Positions 37,000-46,669 of a stretch of 64,000 nucleotides of DNA are shown piece by piece (the first letter of the stretch is position 1; the number at the start of each line of letters is the position of its first letter). A program made the position numbers and the translations under genes. This stretch comes from an uncultured Pelagibacteraceae bacterium (GTDB lineage: Bacteria; Pseudomonadota; Alphaproteobacteria; Pelagibacterales; Pelagibacteraceae), in NCBI GenBank assembly GCA_902586025.1, contig CACIFV010000003.1, forward strand, positions 12,294 to 76,293, read 5' to 3'. The notes under the pieces were generated by a model that was not told where the DNA came from, ran no database searches, and saw only the letters and a program-made list of their open reading frames with translations.

Positions 37000-37996
37000 G
37001 ATTTTCTGACCATTTTCCTTGTGCTGCCAAAGTACACATTTTAGCTCTATGATTAAATATATCCTGAGTTCCAAGTTTATTATTTACATCTTTAGACCAA
37101 AATTTTAGAGCACTTTGTTGCAAAGCCCGTCCATAAGAATAGGTCATTATGAAGTTAGTGTTATTTTTCAAGTTGATTTCGTTTAAGTTTAAAGTAGCCT
37201 CTACTTCTGTTTGACCTCCTGAGAGAAAAGCTATTCCTGGAACTTCTCTTGGGACACTATTTTTTAAACATTTTAAAGTTAGTTCAGCTATTTCCTCACT
37301 TGTTATTTTCTCTTTGGAATTTGTTCCCGAAAGAACCATGTTGGGCTTTAATATTGTTCCCTTCAGATCAACTTTGTTTAAATCTAATTCTTCATAGCAT
37401 TTTTTAATTACTACTGATGTTTTGCTCAGACAATCTTTGGCAGAATGATTGCCATCCATTAAAACTTCAGGTTCAATTATTGGTACCATACCTGCTTCTT
37501 GAACCAATGCAGCATATCTGGCTAAAGCATGGGCATTCGTTGCAATCGCCAAATCACTTGGAAAACTATCTGATATTAAATATACCGCTCTCCATTTTGT
37601 AAATCTAGCTCCAATTTTATAATAATCTTTTAATTTCTCTCTTAGCCCATCTAAACCCTCGGTAATTTTTTCCTCTGTTGACCCAGCCAAAACTTTAGCT
37701 CCTGTATCTACCTTAATTCCCACTTCTGATCCACTTGAGTTAATTAACTCTGGAATACTTTTTCCAGATGATGTTTTTTGTTTTATTGTTTCGTCATACA
37801 AGATTACTCCACCAATGCATTCTTTCATGGAGGTAGAAGAAAAAAGCGTCTCCCTAAAATTTAATCTATTATTTTCATTTGATTTTACATTTACTGAATT
37901 TAATCTTTTTGTCATTGTTGCTGTACTTTCATCAGCCGCAAGTATACCTTTTCCACCCGATAATATCTTCAGAGCAATTTTGTTTAATTCAGACAT
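36983..37996 (-). CDS. fbaB: Fructose-bisphosphate aldolase class I
   Basis: GKGILAADES, PIIEPEVLMDG, LKPNMV, FLSGGQ, YSYGRALQ. Confidence 0.93.
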   Translation of the reverse strand: MSELNKIALKILSGGKGILAADESTATMTKRLNSVNVKSNENNRLNFRETLFSSTSMKECIGGVILYDETIKQKTSSGKSIPELINSSGSEVGIKVDTGAKVLAGSTEEKITEGLDGLREKLKDYYKIGARFTKWRAVYLISDSFPSDLAIATNAHALARYAALVQEAGMVPIIEPEVLMDGNHSAKDCLSKTSVVIKKCYEELDLNKVDLKGTILKPNMVLSGTNSKEKITSEEIAELTLKCLKNSVPREVPGIAFLSGGQTEVEATLNLNEINLKNNTNFIMTYSYGRALQQSALKFWSKDVNNKLGTQDIFNHRAKMCTLAAQGKWSENLENSK

Positions 37997-39168
37997 TAAT
38001 TTAATGCTTTTATACCAGGGAGTACTTTGCCTTCAAGGTATTCTAGAAAAGCTCCACCAGCAGTTGAAACAAAGCCAAATTCGTCTTTAATATTTAGAGA
38101 ATTAATTACGGCAACTGTGTCACCTCCACCTGCCACTGAAAAAATCTTATCTCTTTTATTTGCAATATGCTTTGCAATTTCAGAGCTGCCTATTGAGAAG
38201 TTCACATTTTCAAAATATCCCAATGGTCCGTTCCATAATATTGTTGATGAATTATCAATTATATCCTTTATTTTTTTTAAAGTTTTAGAACCAACATCAA
38301 GTATTATATCATCATTATCAATTTCTAAAAACTCCTTTTCTGTTGAGATGTCGTTTAGCTTTTTTCCAACTTTGACATCTATAGGAAAAAAAATTTTACA
38401 GTTATTAGTTTCAGCATAAGAAAAAATTTCCTTAACTATATTATCAAAATTTTTTTCATAAATTGATTTGCCGATTTTTAAACCTTTATATTTAAAGATA
38501 TTATTTGCCATAGCACCAACTATTATAATGTTATCAAATTTGGGAATTAAATTTTTTATCACTTTGATTTTAGATGAAATTTTTGAGCCGCCAATAATAC
38601 ATGTAACAGGTTTTTTTATTTCTGAAGTAATTTTATTAAGAGCATTAACTTCTGTATTAATTTGAAATCCAGAGTAGGATGGGATAAATTTAGTAATCTT
38701 TGATACAGAAGCATGATCTCTATGAGAACAAGAAAATGCGTCGTTTACGTATATTTCACCTAAACTTGCTAATTTTTTTGAAAATTCATTGTCATTAGAT
38801 TCTTCCTCTGGATAAAATCTAATATTTTCTAATAACGCTATATTGTAATTTGAGTTACCAAAAATTTCTTTTGGATCTAGTTCAAAAATATTCTTTGTTA
38901 ATAAAAAAACATCTTTTTTTATTTTTTCTTTAATGCTTAACGTTATTGGTTTTAAAGATAGCTCTTTTACTATTTTCCCTTTCGGTCTACCTATATGTGA
39001 TATAATTATTACTTTAGCTTTTTTTTCTACCAAAAAATTTAATGTTGGAATAACTTTATCAATACGAGTTGTGTCAACTATTTCCCCCTTTAATAGTGGA
39101 ACATTCAAATCTAGCCTCAGAAGTACTTTTTTTCCCTCAATATTTTTTAATTTTTCAATAGATTTCAT
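37996..39168 (-). CDS. pgk: Phosphoglycerate kinase
   Basis: RLDLNVP, SHIGRP, NDAFSCSHR, WNGPLGYFE, GGGDT, STAGGAFLE. Confidence 0.96.
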   Translation of the reverse strand: MKSIEKLKNIEGKKVLLRLDLNVPLLKGEIVDTTRIDKVIPTLNFLVEKKAKVIIISHIGRPKGKIVKELSLKPITLSIKEKIKKDVFLLTKNIFELDPKEIFGNSNYNIALLENIRFYPEEESNDNEFSKKLASLGEIYVNDAFSCSHRDHASVSKITKFIPSYSGFQINTEVNALNKITSEIKKPVTCIIGGSKISSKIKVIKNLIPKFDNIIIVGAMANNIFKYKGLKIGKSIYEKNFDNIVKEIFSYAETNNCKIFFPIDVKVGKKLNDISTEKEFLEIDNDDIILDVGSKTLKKIKDIIDNSSTILWNGPLGYFENVNFSIGSSEIAKHIANKRDKIFSVAGGGDTVAVINSLNIKDEFGFVSTAGGAFLEYLEGKVLPGIKALN

Positions 39169-40175
39169 TATTTGATCTTGCTTATATACTTAGCAATATC
39201 GCACATTCTATTTGAGAAACCCCACTCATTATCATACCAAGCAGAAACTTTCCCCATCTTATCACCTATTACAGTTGTTAGAGATGCATCCACAACTGCA
39301 GACGCATTGTTATGATTAAAGTCAATAGATACTAATTTTTCACTAGTAATATTTAAGATATTTTTAAGATATTTATTAGATGCTTTTGAAAATGAGTCAT
39401 TTAATTTTTTAACAGAAATTCTTTTTCTAACATTAAAAATAAATTCGATTAATGAAACATTAGGTGTAGGAACTCTCATTGCAACACCCTCAAGCTTTCC
39501 TTTAAGTGAAGGTATTATTTCCCCAATTGCTTTTGATGCACCAGTAGAAGTAGGAACTATTGATTGACTCGCAGATCTAGCTCTTCTCGGGTCTTTGTGA
39601 GAGTTATCCAATATTCTCTGATCGCTAGTATAAGCATGTATAGTTGTCATAAATCCATTTATAATTATGAAATTTCTATTAATAACATCCGCAACAGGAG
39701 CTAAGCAATTAGTAGTGCAGGATGCTGCTGAAATAATTCTATCATTCTTATTAATCTTCTCATGATTTACCCCAAAAACTACACTTTTATCCGCCATTTT
39801 ACATGGGGCTGATACTATAACTTTTTTTGCCCCATTTTTTATGTGGTGTAATAATTGATCTTTAGAATTAAACTTACCTGTACACTCGAAAACATAATCA
39901 ACATTATATTTTTTCCACTTTATGTCATTAATCATAGTATGCTGGGTATAAGATATTTTATCTTTATTTATTTTTAAATAATTTTTACCAGATTTTAATT
40001 GAGAACTAAAATTACCATGAATTGAATCATATTTTAATAAATTTGCACAAATTTCAGAGCTAGATCTATTATTAATATGTTTGATAATTATTTTACTTTT
40101 ATGATTTTCATAAATTGACCTCACAATCATTCTGCCAATTCTTCCCATACCGTTAATACCAACTTTTATAGTCAT
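39168..40175 (-). CDS. gap: Glyceraldehyde-3-phosphate dehydrogenase type I
   Basis: GINGMGRIGR, ASCTTNCLAP, RVPTPNVS, WYDNEWGFS. Confidence 0.95.
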   Translation of the reverse strand: MTIKVGINGMGRIGRMIVRSIYENHKSKIIIKHINNRSSSEICANLLKYDSIHGNFSSQLKSGKNYLKINKDKISYTQHTMINDIKWKKYNVDYVFECTGKFNSKDQLLHHIKNGAKKVIVSAPCKMADKSVVFGVNHEKINKNDRIISAASCTTNCLAPVADVINRNFIIINGFMTTIHAYTSDQRILDNSHKDPRRARSASQSIVPTSTGASKAIGEIIPSLKGKLEGVAMRVPTPNVSLIEFIFNVRKRISVKKLNDSFSKASNKYLKNILNITSEKLVSIDFNHNNASAVVDASLTTVIGDKMGKVSAWYDNEWGFSNRMCDIAKYISKIK

Positions 40176-42127
40176 TTTTTTATATAAAATTTAATTTTTT
40201 TACTAATTTTTTCACTACTTAAACCAAAATGATCATAGACTTTTTTATAAGGAGCGCTTTTACCAAAATCTTCTATTGAAAAAGACAAGCCTTTTTCAAT
40301 ATATTTTTCCCAAGACATTTTTGATCCTGCCTCAATTGTAAAAGTAGTTTTGCTTTCTTTTAAGATTTTATTTTTATAACTTGTATTTTGTTTGTCAAAA
40401 ATTTCTTGGCAAGGCATTGATATTACTTTTGAATAGATTTTTTGTTTGGCTAATTTATGACTGGTCTCAATTGCGAGATTGACTTCTGATCCTGAAGCTA
40501 AAATAGTTAAATTTATATTTTTTCCAGTCCTCAAAACTTCATAAGCTCCCTTAGAACATTGATTTTTTTTGATAAAACTATTTCTTATGGGTTTTAAATT
40601 TTGTCTAGTTAACGCTAATATGCTAGGTGTTTTGCTGCTGTTTAAAGCAATATCCCAACATTCAATTGTTTCAGTTTGATCTGCTGGTCTTAAAACGTTT
40701 AAGTTTGGAATAGATCTTAAAGCAGCAAGTTGCTCCACAGGTTGATGAGTAGGTCCATCTTCCCCTAGTCCTATTGAGTCATGTGTCATTATATAAATTA
40801 CTTTCTGTTTCATTATAGCAGAAAGTCTTATTGAAGGTTTACAATAGTCTGAAAATATTAAAAAAGTACCTCCATATGGAATAAAATTACTATGAAGAGC
40901 TAATCCATTCATTATTCCACTCATTGCGTGCTCTCTAACACCATAGTGAATATAATTACCATCAAAGTTACTTGAATTAATAATTTTATGTAACTTGGTT
41001 TTTGTATTGTTTGATCCTGCTAAATCAGCAGAGCCACCAATTAAAGTATTTCTTTCATTTAATATAGTTGATAAAAACTTCTCTGAGGATTTTCTTGTAG
41101 CTATAGTTTTGAGATTTTTTATTGCATCTTTTTTTTGCCTTACAATTGAACTTGAGAATTTATTTTTTATAATATTTTTAAATTTTACTTTATGTTTATT
41201 AAAAGTTTTATTCCATATTTTTTCTTTTTTAATACCTTTTTCTCCAATTTTCCTCCAATCAGTTAAAATTTTTTGAGGGATTTTAAATGGCTTATAATCC
41301 CACCCTAATTTTTTCCTAACTAGCTTAATTTCATCTATTCCAAGAGGACTCCCATGAGAAGAGGCCTTTCCACTTTTATTTGGAGATCCAAATCCTATTT
41401 TTGTTTTACAAGAAATCACAGTAGGTTTTTTTGAGAATTGTACTTTTTTTAACGCATTGTAAATTTCTCTATAATTATGCCCATTGATTAAAATATAATT
41501 CCATCCATAGCTTTTAAATCTGTTTTTATAATCATCTGAGACTGCTAAACTAGTAGGACCATCTATAGAAATTGAATTATTATCAAAAAGCATTATAAGA
41601 TTACTTAGTTTAAGGTGACCAGCTAGACTCATTGCTTCATGGCTAATTCCTTCCATGAGGCAACCATCACCCGCCAATACATAAGTTTTGTGATTTATTA
41701 AATTACTCCCTAATTTTTTCTTTAAAATTTCTTCTGCAATTGCAAAACCCACAGAATTTGCAATTCCTTGACCTAAAGGACCAGTTGTTGTTTCAATGCC
41801 TGAGTTTGGATGATATTCTGGGTGTCCAGCACAAATTGAATTTAGTTGTCTAAATTTTTTGATGTCGTTAAGCGATACACTTTTATATCCAGTTAGGTAC
41901 AAAAGCGAGTAAAGCAACATTGATCCATGTCCAGCTGACAAAATAAATCTATCTCTGTTGAGCCAGTTTGGATTTTTTGGATTAAATTTTAGGAAATACT
42001 TAAATAAAACGGTTACAACATCAGCCATACCCATTGGCATACCTGGGTGACCAGAATTAGCATTTTGAACCGCATCCATTGATAAAAAACGAATAGCATT
42101 TGATAAATTTTTTTCTATATTTTTCAA
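40172..42127 (-). CDS. tkt: Transketolase
   Basis: SGHPGMPMG, GDGCLMEG, THDSIGLGEDGPTHQP. Confidence 0.96.
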   Translation of the reverse strand: MKNIEKNLSNAIRFLSMDAVQNANSGHPGMPMGMADVVTVLFKYFLKFNPKNPNWLNRDRFILSAGHGSMLLYSLLYLTGYKSVSLNDIKKFRQLNSICAGHPEYHPNSGIETTTGPLGQGIANSVGFAIAEEILKKKLGSNLINHKTYVLAGDGCLMEGISHEAMSLAGHLKLSNLIMLFDNNSISIDGPTSLAVSDDYKNRFKSYGWNYILINGHNYREIYNALKKVQFSKKPTVISCKTKIGFGSPNKSGKASSHGSPLGIDEIKLVRKKLGWDYKPFKIPQKILTDWRKIGEKGIKKEKIWNKTFNKHKVKFKNIIKNKFSSSIVRQKKDAIKNLKTIATRKSSEKFLSTILNERNTLIGGSADLAGSNNTKTKLHKIINSSNFDGNYIHYGVREHAMSGIMNGLALHSNFIPYGGTFLIFSDYCKPSIRLSAIMKQKVIYIMTHDSIGLGEDGPTHQPVEQLAALRSIPNLNVLRPADQTETIECWDIALNSSKTPSILALTRQNLKPIRNSFIKKNQCSKGAYEVLRTGKNINLTILASGSEVNLAIETSHKLAKQKIYSKVISMPCQEIFDKQNTSYKNKILKESKTTFTIEAGSKMSWEKYIEKGLSFSIEDFGKSAPYKKVYDHFGLSSEKISKKIKFYIKK

Positions 42128-42179
42128 AAAGTATCCTATCTAGACTTAGGTGATTCAATTTATTAATATAGATATATAT

Positions 42180-42503
42180 ATGAAAAACATTGACGAAAAA
42201 GAAAAAAAATTAAAAGATACTTTAAAAAAATTAAGAGAGATAAACATTCAAGATAGTGAAGAATTAAATAAAGTTGAAATTTTAAAAGATCAAAAAAATC
42301 AATTAGAAATTGAAAAAAATCAGATAATCAAATCTTTGCAAAGCTTAGAAGAAGAAAACTTAAAACTTAAAAGTCAAATAAATGAATTAAAAAAGGATTA
42401 CGAAACTTCAAAAAGAAAAGAAAATCAATTTGCTGAAAAAATTGATGAATTAAATCAAGAAACAGATAATTTATTGGAAGAAATAGATAAATGGCAAATG
42501 TGA
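42180..42503 (+). CDS. Coiled-coil protein upstream of zapA (ZauP/ZapB-like)
   Basis: Heptad-rich E/K/L sequence; overlaps the zapA start; ATG at 42180 preferred over GTG at 42150. Confidence 0.6.
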   Translation: MKNIDEKEKKLKDTLKKLREINIQDSEELNKVEILKDQKNQLEIEKNQIIKSLQSLEEENLKLKSQINELKKDYETSKRKENQFAEKIDELNQETDNLLEEIDKWQM

Positions 42504-42934
42504 ATATAAAATTTAATGGAAAAGAATATTTGTTATCCTGTGAAGATGGTCAAGAAGAACATCTAGAGGAATTATCCTTGAATTTAAATAAAAAATTTAA
42601 TGATTTGAAATTTGATCTTGGAAATATTGGAGAGAATAAATTATTACTAATATCTTCTATCAAAGTTATGGATGAGTATTTTGAAACCAAAAAAAAAATA
42701 GACTCACAAAAAAAAGAGCTTCAAGAAATAAAAGAAAAGTTCAAAGAATTAAAATCTTTAGTTTACCATTATAAAGATAGAAAAGAAAACGAAATTAAAA
42801 ATTTGAGTTTAACGCAAGAAGAACTTATGACTGATATTGAAAACTATAAAATTAGTTATGAAAATTTAATCGACAAAGTTACTTTAGAAATCGAAGATTT
42901 TGTCAAAAAAAATAACTCAAACACTTCTGTTTGA
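42491..42934 (+). CDS. zapA: Cell division protein ZapA with an extended coiled coil
   Basis: MANVNIKFNGKEYLLSCEDGQEEHL..GNIGENKLLL. Confidence 0.85.
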   Translation: MANVNIKFNGKEYLLSCEDGQEEHLEELSLNLNKKFNDLKFDLGNIGENKLLLISSIKVMDEYFETKKKIDSQKKELQEIKEKFKELKSLVYHYKDRKENEIKNLSLTQEELMTDIENYKISYENLIDKVTLEIEDFVKKNNSNTSV

Positions 42935-42944
42935 TAAAATTTCA

Positions 42945-43484
42945 GTGTCAAAATTTAAAATAAGAAAAAAAATTATATACATTAGAAAAAAGAAATATTT
43001 TGAAATCAAAATAAGTAATAATATTGTTGATAATTTACGTGCCAAAATTAATTTTTCAAAAAATAAAATTATTGGAGGATATTTTCCAATTAATTTTGAA
43101 TTTGATTGTTTGCAAATATTAAAAAAATTTTATTCTAAAAGTTATGTTATTTCGTTGCCAATTATAAAAAAAAATTATCAAATGGATTTTTATAAATGGA
43201 GCCCTGATGATCCTTTAACAATAAACTCATTTGGAATTCCTCAGCCACTCAAATTAAAAAAAGTATATCCAGATATAATATTTGTACCAATGGTTGCCTT
43301 TGATAGAGACAGGAACAGAATTGGCTATGGTGGTGGATTTTATGATAGATATTTAGAAAAAATTTCTCAAATTAAAAAATGTGTAACAATTGGTCTAGCT
43401 TTTTCACATCAAAAAGTTAATAAAATTAATGTTGAAAATTTTGATAGAAAATTAGATTTAATTTTGACAGAAAAATTAATGTAA
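42945..43484 (+). CDS. ygfA: 5-formyltetrahydrofolate cyclo-ligase (GTG start at 42945 assumed)
   Basis: PDIIFVPMVAFD..RIGYGGGFYDRYL, IGLAF, D..LD.ILTE. Confidence 0.9.
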   Translation: MSKFKIRKKIIYIRKKKYFEIKISNNIVDNLRAKINFSKNKIIGGYFPINFEFDCLQILKKFYSKSYVISLPIIKKNYQMDFYKWSPDDPLTINSFGIPQPLKLKKVYPDIIFVPMVAFDRDRNRIGYGGGFYDRYLEKISQIKKCVTIGLAFSHQKVNKINVENFDRKLDLILTEKLM

Positions 43485-43486
43485 AA

Positions 43487-44293
43487 ATGAAGATTTTATT
43501 TTTAGGTGATATAGTTGGAGATGCAGGCTTTAAATCAGTGAAAAAAAACTTGCCAAATATAATCTCAAAAAAGGGTATAGATTTTGTTTGTGTTAACGGT
43601 GAAAATGCAGCCAGTACAGGTGTAGGATTAACTGAAAATATTGCTAATGAACTTTTTAATGTAGGTGTAGATGTAATTACAACAGGCAATCATGTATGGG
43701 ATCAAAAAGAAATTTATGAGTTTATAAAAACCGAAAAAAAATTATTAAGACCAATAAATATGAGTGGAAATCTACCAGGTAAAGGTTTTTCCATATTTAA
43801 TTCAAAAAAAAATAAAAGAGTTGGAGTATTAAATCTTATGGGTAACGTTTTTATGAAAAAATGTGATGATGCCTTTAAAATTGCCACTGAATTTATTGCA
43901 CAAAAAAAAATTTCAAAAGATTATGATTTTTTAATTGTAGATTTTCATGGAGAAATCACAAGTGAAAAAATGGCTATGGGAAATCTCTTCGATGGATATG
44001 CAACTTTAGTTGTAGGTACCCATACACACGTGCCAACAAATGATGCAAGAGTTCTAAAAAATGGAACTAGCTATATTACTGATGCTGGAATGTGTGGAGA
44101 TTATGATTCAGTCATTGGCATGAATGCACAAAATTCTATTAACAGATTTCTAAAAAAAGAGGCTTTAAAACATTTTCCTGCTAGTGGAGAGGCGTCTCTG
44201 AGTGGGGTAGTTGTAGATTGTGATGTGAGAAATGGACTTGCAAAAAATATAGAAAGCTTCATTTTTGGTGGAAGTTTAAAAAACATAAATTAA
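43487..44293 (+). CDS. ymdB: YmdB/TIGR00282 metallophosphoesterase
   Basis: FLGDIVG, NGENA, TTGNHVWD, DFHGEITSEK, GTHTHVPT, TDAGMCG. Confidence 0.9.
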   Translation: MKILFLGDIVGDAGFKSVKKNLPNIISKKGIDFVCVNGENAASTGVGLTENIANELFNVGVDVITTGNHVWDQKEIYEFIKTEKKLLRPINMSGNLPGKGFSIFNSKKNKRVGVLNLMGNVFMKKCDDAFKIATEFIAQKKISKDYDFLIVDFHGEITSEKMAMGNLFDGYATLVVGTHTHVPTNDARVLKNGTSYITDAGMCGDYDSVIGMNAQNSINRFLKKEALKHFPASGEASLSGVVVDCDVRNGLAKNIESFIFGGSLKNIN

Positions 44294-44295
44294 TT

Positions 44296-45018
44296 ATGGC
44301 TGGACATTCACATTGGGCAGGTATTAAACATAAAAAAGGCAAAGCTGACAAACAGAGATCAAAAATTTTTTCTAAACTCTCTAGAGAAATCACAGTAGCC
44401 GCTAAACTAGGAGATAAGAATCCTGATACGAATTCGAGACTAAGATCGGCAATACAAGCAGCCAGATCAGCTAACATGCCAAAAGAAAATATTGAGAGAG
44501 CAATTGAAAAATCCTCAAATAATGATCAATCAAATTTTGAAAACATTAGATATGAAGGTTTTGGACCTAGCAAATCCGCCGTAATAGTTGAAGCATTGAC
44601 TGATAATAAAAATAGAACCGCTTCTAATATAAGAACAATATTTTCGAAAAATAACGGTTCTTTGGGAACTCAAGGCTCTGCATCACATAATTTCCAAAGA
44701 ATGGGTGTAATTAAAATAGATAAAAATGAAATTGAAAAAGATAAAATATTTGAATTAGCAATCGAGTCGGGCGCAAATGACTGTATTTCTCGTGATGAAT
44801 TTCATGAAGTACATACGGATATCGATGAAATATATGAGGTAAAAAAAAAATTTGAAAAAGTTATTGCAAATTTTCTTTCTACTGAAATTGAGTGGCTACC
44901 TGTAAATAAATTGTCTCTTAAAGGTGAAGAAAATCAAAATATGGCGAAATTTTTAGAAACTCTTGAGGATGAGGATGATGTACAAAATGTTTATACAAAT
45001 GTTAACTTTGAAGATTAA
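44296..45018 (+). CDS. yebC: YebC/PmpR family protein
   Basis: MAGHS.WA.IKHKK, YEGFGP, TDNKNRT, DDVQNVYTN. Confidence 0.95.
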   Translation: MAGHSHWAGIKHKKGKADKQRSKIFSKLSREITVAAKLGDKNPDTNSRLRSAIQAARSANMPKENIERAIEKSSNNDQSNFENIRYEGFGPSKSAVIVEALTDNKNRTASNIRTIFSKNNGSLGTQGSASHNFQRMGVIKIDKNEIEKDKIFELAIESGANDCISRDEFHEVHTDIDEIYEVKKKFEKVIANFLSTEIEWLPVNKLSLKGEENQNMAKFLETLEDEDDVQNVYTNVNFED

Positions 45019-45516
45019 ATGATAATTGTTGGAATTGATCCAGGAATAGCAGGTGCTATTTGTTTTTTTTCTAATGGGAATGTTATTGATGTAATCGACA
45101 TGCCTACAATGGCTGAAGGAAAAAAAAATAAAAAACAAGTAAATGGTAGGCAAATTTATAATGAATTAATGCTAGTAAAAAACAAATTTATGAATGAAAA
45201 AATGAGTGTAATAGTCGAACAAGTTTCTGCTATGCCAGGACAAGGTGTAACAAGCATGTTTAATTTTGGACAATCATTTGGAGTTATTAAAGGCGTATGT
45301 TCTGCAATGGAGCTTCCCATTTTTTATGTTAGACCAACAAAATGGAAAAAACATTTTAATTTGATTAATTCTGGAAAAGATGCCAGTAGAACTAAAGTAA
45401 TAGAGATGTTTCCTAGAATTTCTAATAAGTTATCAAGAAAAAAAGATAATAACAAAGCAGATGCTATTTTAATTGCTCAGTATTTTGAAAACACACGGGA
45501 AAACAACGATAACTAG
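45019..45516 (+). CDS. ruvC: Holliday junction resolvase, RuvC superfamily (MOC1/phage-like subtype)
   Basis: GIDPG..GA, DMPT, VEQVSAMPGQGVTSMFNFG, V.P..WKK, KD.SR, ADAILIA. Confidence 0.8.
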   Translation: MIIVGIDPGIAGAICFFSNGNVIDVIDMPTMAEGKKNKKQVNGRQIYNELMLVKNKFMNEKMSVIVEQVSAMPGQGVTSMFNFGQSFGVIKGVCSAMELPIFYVRPTKWKKHFNLINSGKDASRTKVIEMFPRISNKLSRKKDNNKADAILIAQYFENTRENNDN

Positions 45517-45572
45517 ACCATGAAAGTTTTATGAAGTCAAATTAATGACATATTTTAATGGGAAACGATTGA

Positions 45573-46247
45573 ATGGAAGCAGATATTGCAACACAAAGTT
45601 TAGGTTTAGCAAGTAACACAGATTTTTCTTTAATTAGTTTATTTTTGCGTGCAGACATAATTGTCAAGTCTGTAATCATAATATTAATTCTAAGTTCTAT
45701 TTATTCATGGGCAATAATATTTGAAAAAATAAGAATGTTTAGAAAAATTAATAAAAGCGCAGAGGAATTTGAGGAGAAATTTTGGAAATCAAAGTCTGCT
45801 GAAACATTTTATAACAGTCTGCCTTCAAATATTGAGGATCCTATGGCAAAATTATTTAAAAGTTCTATGCAAACAGTTATGAAAACTAGATCAAAATCAA
45901 ATTTATCTGAGAGACTATCTAGTGTTTTAGAGGTAAATATTGAAAAACAAATGGTGGCAGTAGAAAAGTACAACAGTTTTTTAGCAACTGTTGGATCAAC
46001 AGCTCCATTTATAGGATTGTTTGGAACGGTCTGGGGAATTATGAATTCTTTTCAATCGATTGCAATTTCAAGAAACACTAGTCTTGCAATAGTTGCACCA
46101 GGTATTGCAGAAGCATTATTTGCAACTGCACTTGGATTATTAGCTGCAATTCCTGCTGTAATTGCATACAACAAATTTAATTCAGACTCTAGAAAATACT
46201 CACAAAAATTAGAAAATTTTTCAAAAAGATTCTTATCAATTATTTAA
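45573..46247 (+). CDS. tolQ: TolQ
   Basis: TAPFIGLFGTVWGIM, VAPGIAEALFATALGL. Confidence 0.95.
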   Translation: MEADIATQSLGLASNTDFSLISLFLRADIIVKSVIIILILSSIYSWAIIFEKIRMFRKINKSAEEFEEKFWKSKSAETFYNSLPSNIEDPMAKLFKSSMQTVMKTRSKSNLSERLSSVLEVNIEKQMVAVEKYNSFLATVGSTAPFIGLFGTVWGIMNSFQSIAISRNTSLAIVAPGIAEALFATALGLLAAIPAVIAYNKFNSDSRKYSQKLENFSKRFLSII

Positions 46248-46664
46248 ATGGGATTTAAGCTCAAAAGTTCAAAAAACGATCCAATGAGTGAAATTAATGT
46301 TACACCATTTGTTGATGTAATGTTGGTTTTATTAATTATATTCATGGTCACTGCACCATTGCTTACTGTTGGAGTCCAGGTAGATTTGCCAGAAACTTCT
46401 GCTGACACACTTCCTGAGGAAAATGAACCATTAACTTTAACAATTAATTCTAAAGGTGAAATTTTTATACAGGAAACAAAAGTTGAGTTTAACAATTTAA
46501 TTGTAAAAATATTAGCAGTGTCAAATAATAGAACTGATACAAGAATATATGTTAGGGGAGACAAAGCTATTAACTATGGAAGGGTTCTTGAAATTATGGG
46601 AATGCTTTCAGGGTCAGGATTTACAAAAGTTGCTTTAATATCTGAACCGAATAAAGAGAGATAA
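46248..46664 (+). CDS. tolR: TolR
   Basis: EINVTPFVDVMLVLLIIFMVTAP, RGDKAINYG. Confidence 0.95.
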   Translation: MGFKLKSSKNDPMSEINVTPFVDVMLVLLIIFMVTAPLLTVGVQVDLPETSADTLPEENEPLTLTINSKGEIFIQETKVEFNNLIVKILAVSNNRTDTRIYVRGDKAINYGRVLEIMGMLSGSGFTKVALISEPNKER

Positions 46665-46669
46665 AGATT

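Noticed and set aside
37000-37074. N-terminal extension of thiE overlapping fba (similarly tilS 50567-50626 and ygfA 42900-42944)
   Set aside because: Longest-ORF artefact; downstream starts fit the family N-termini better
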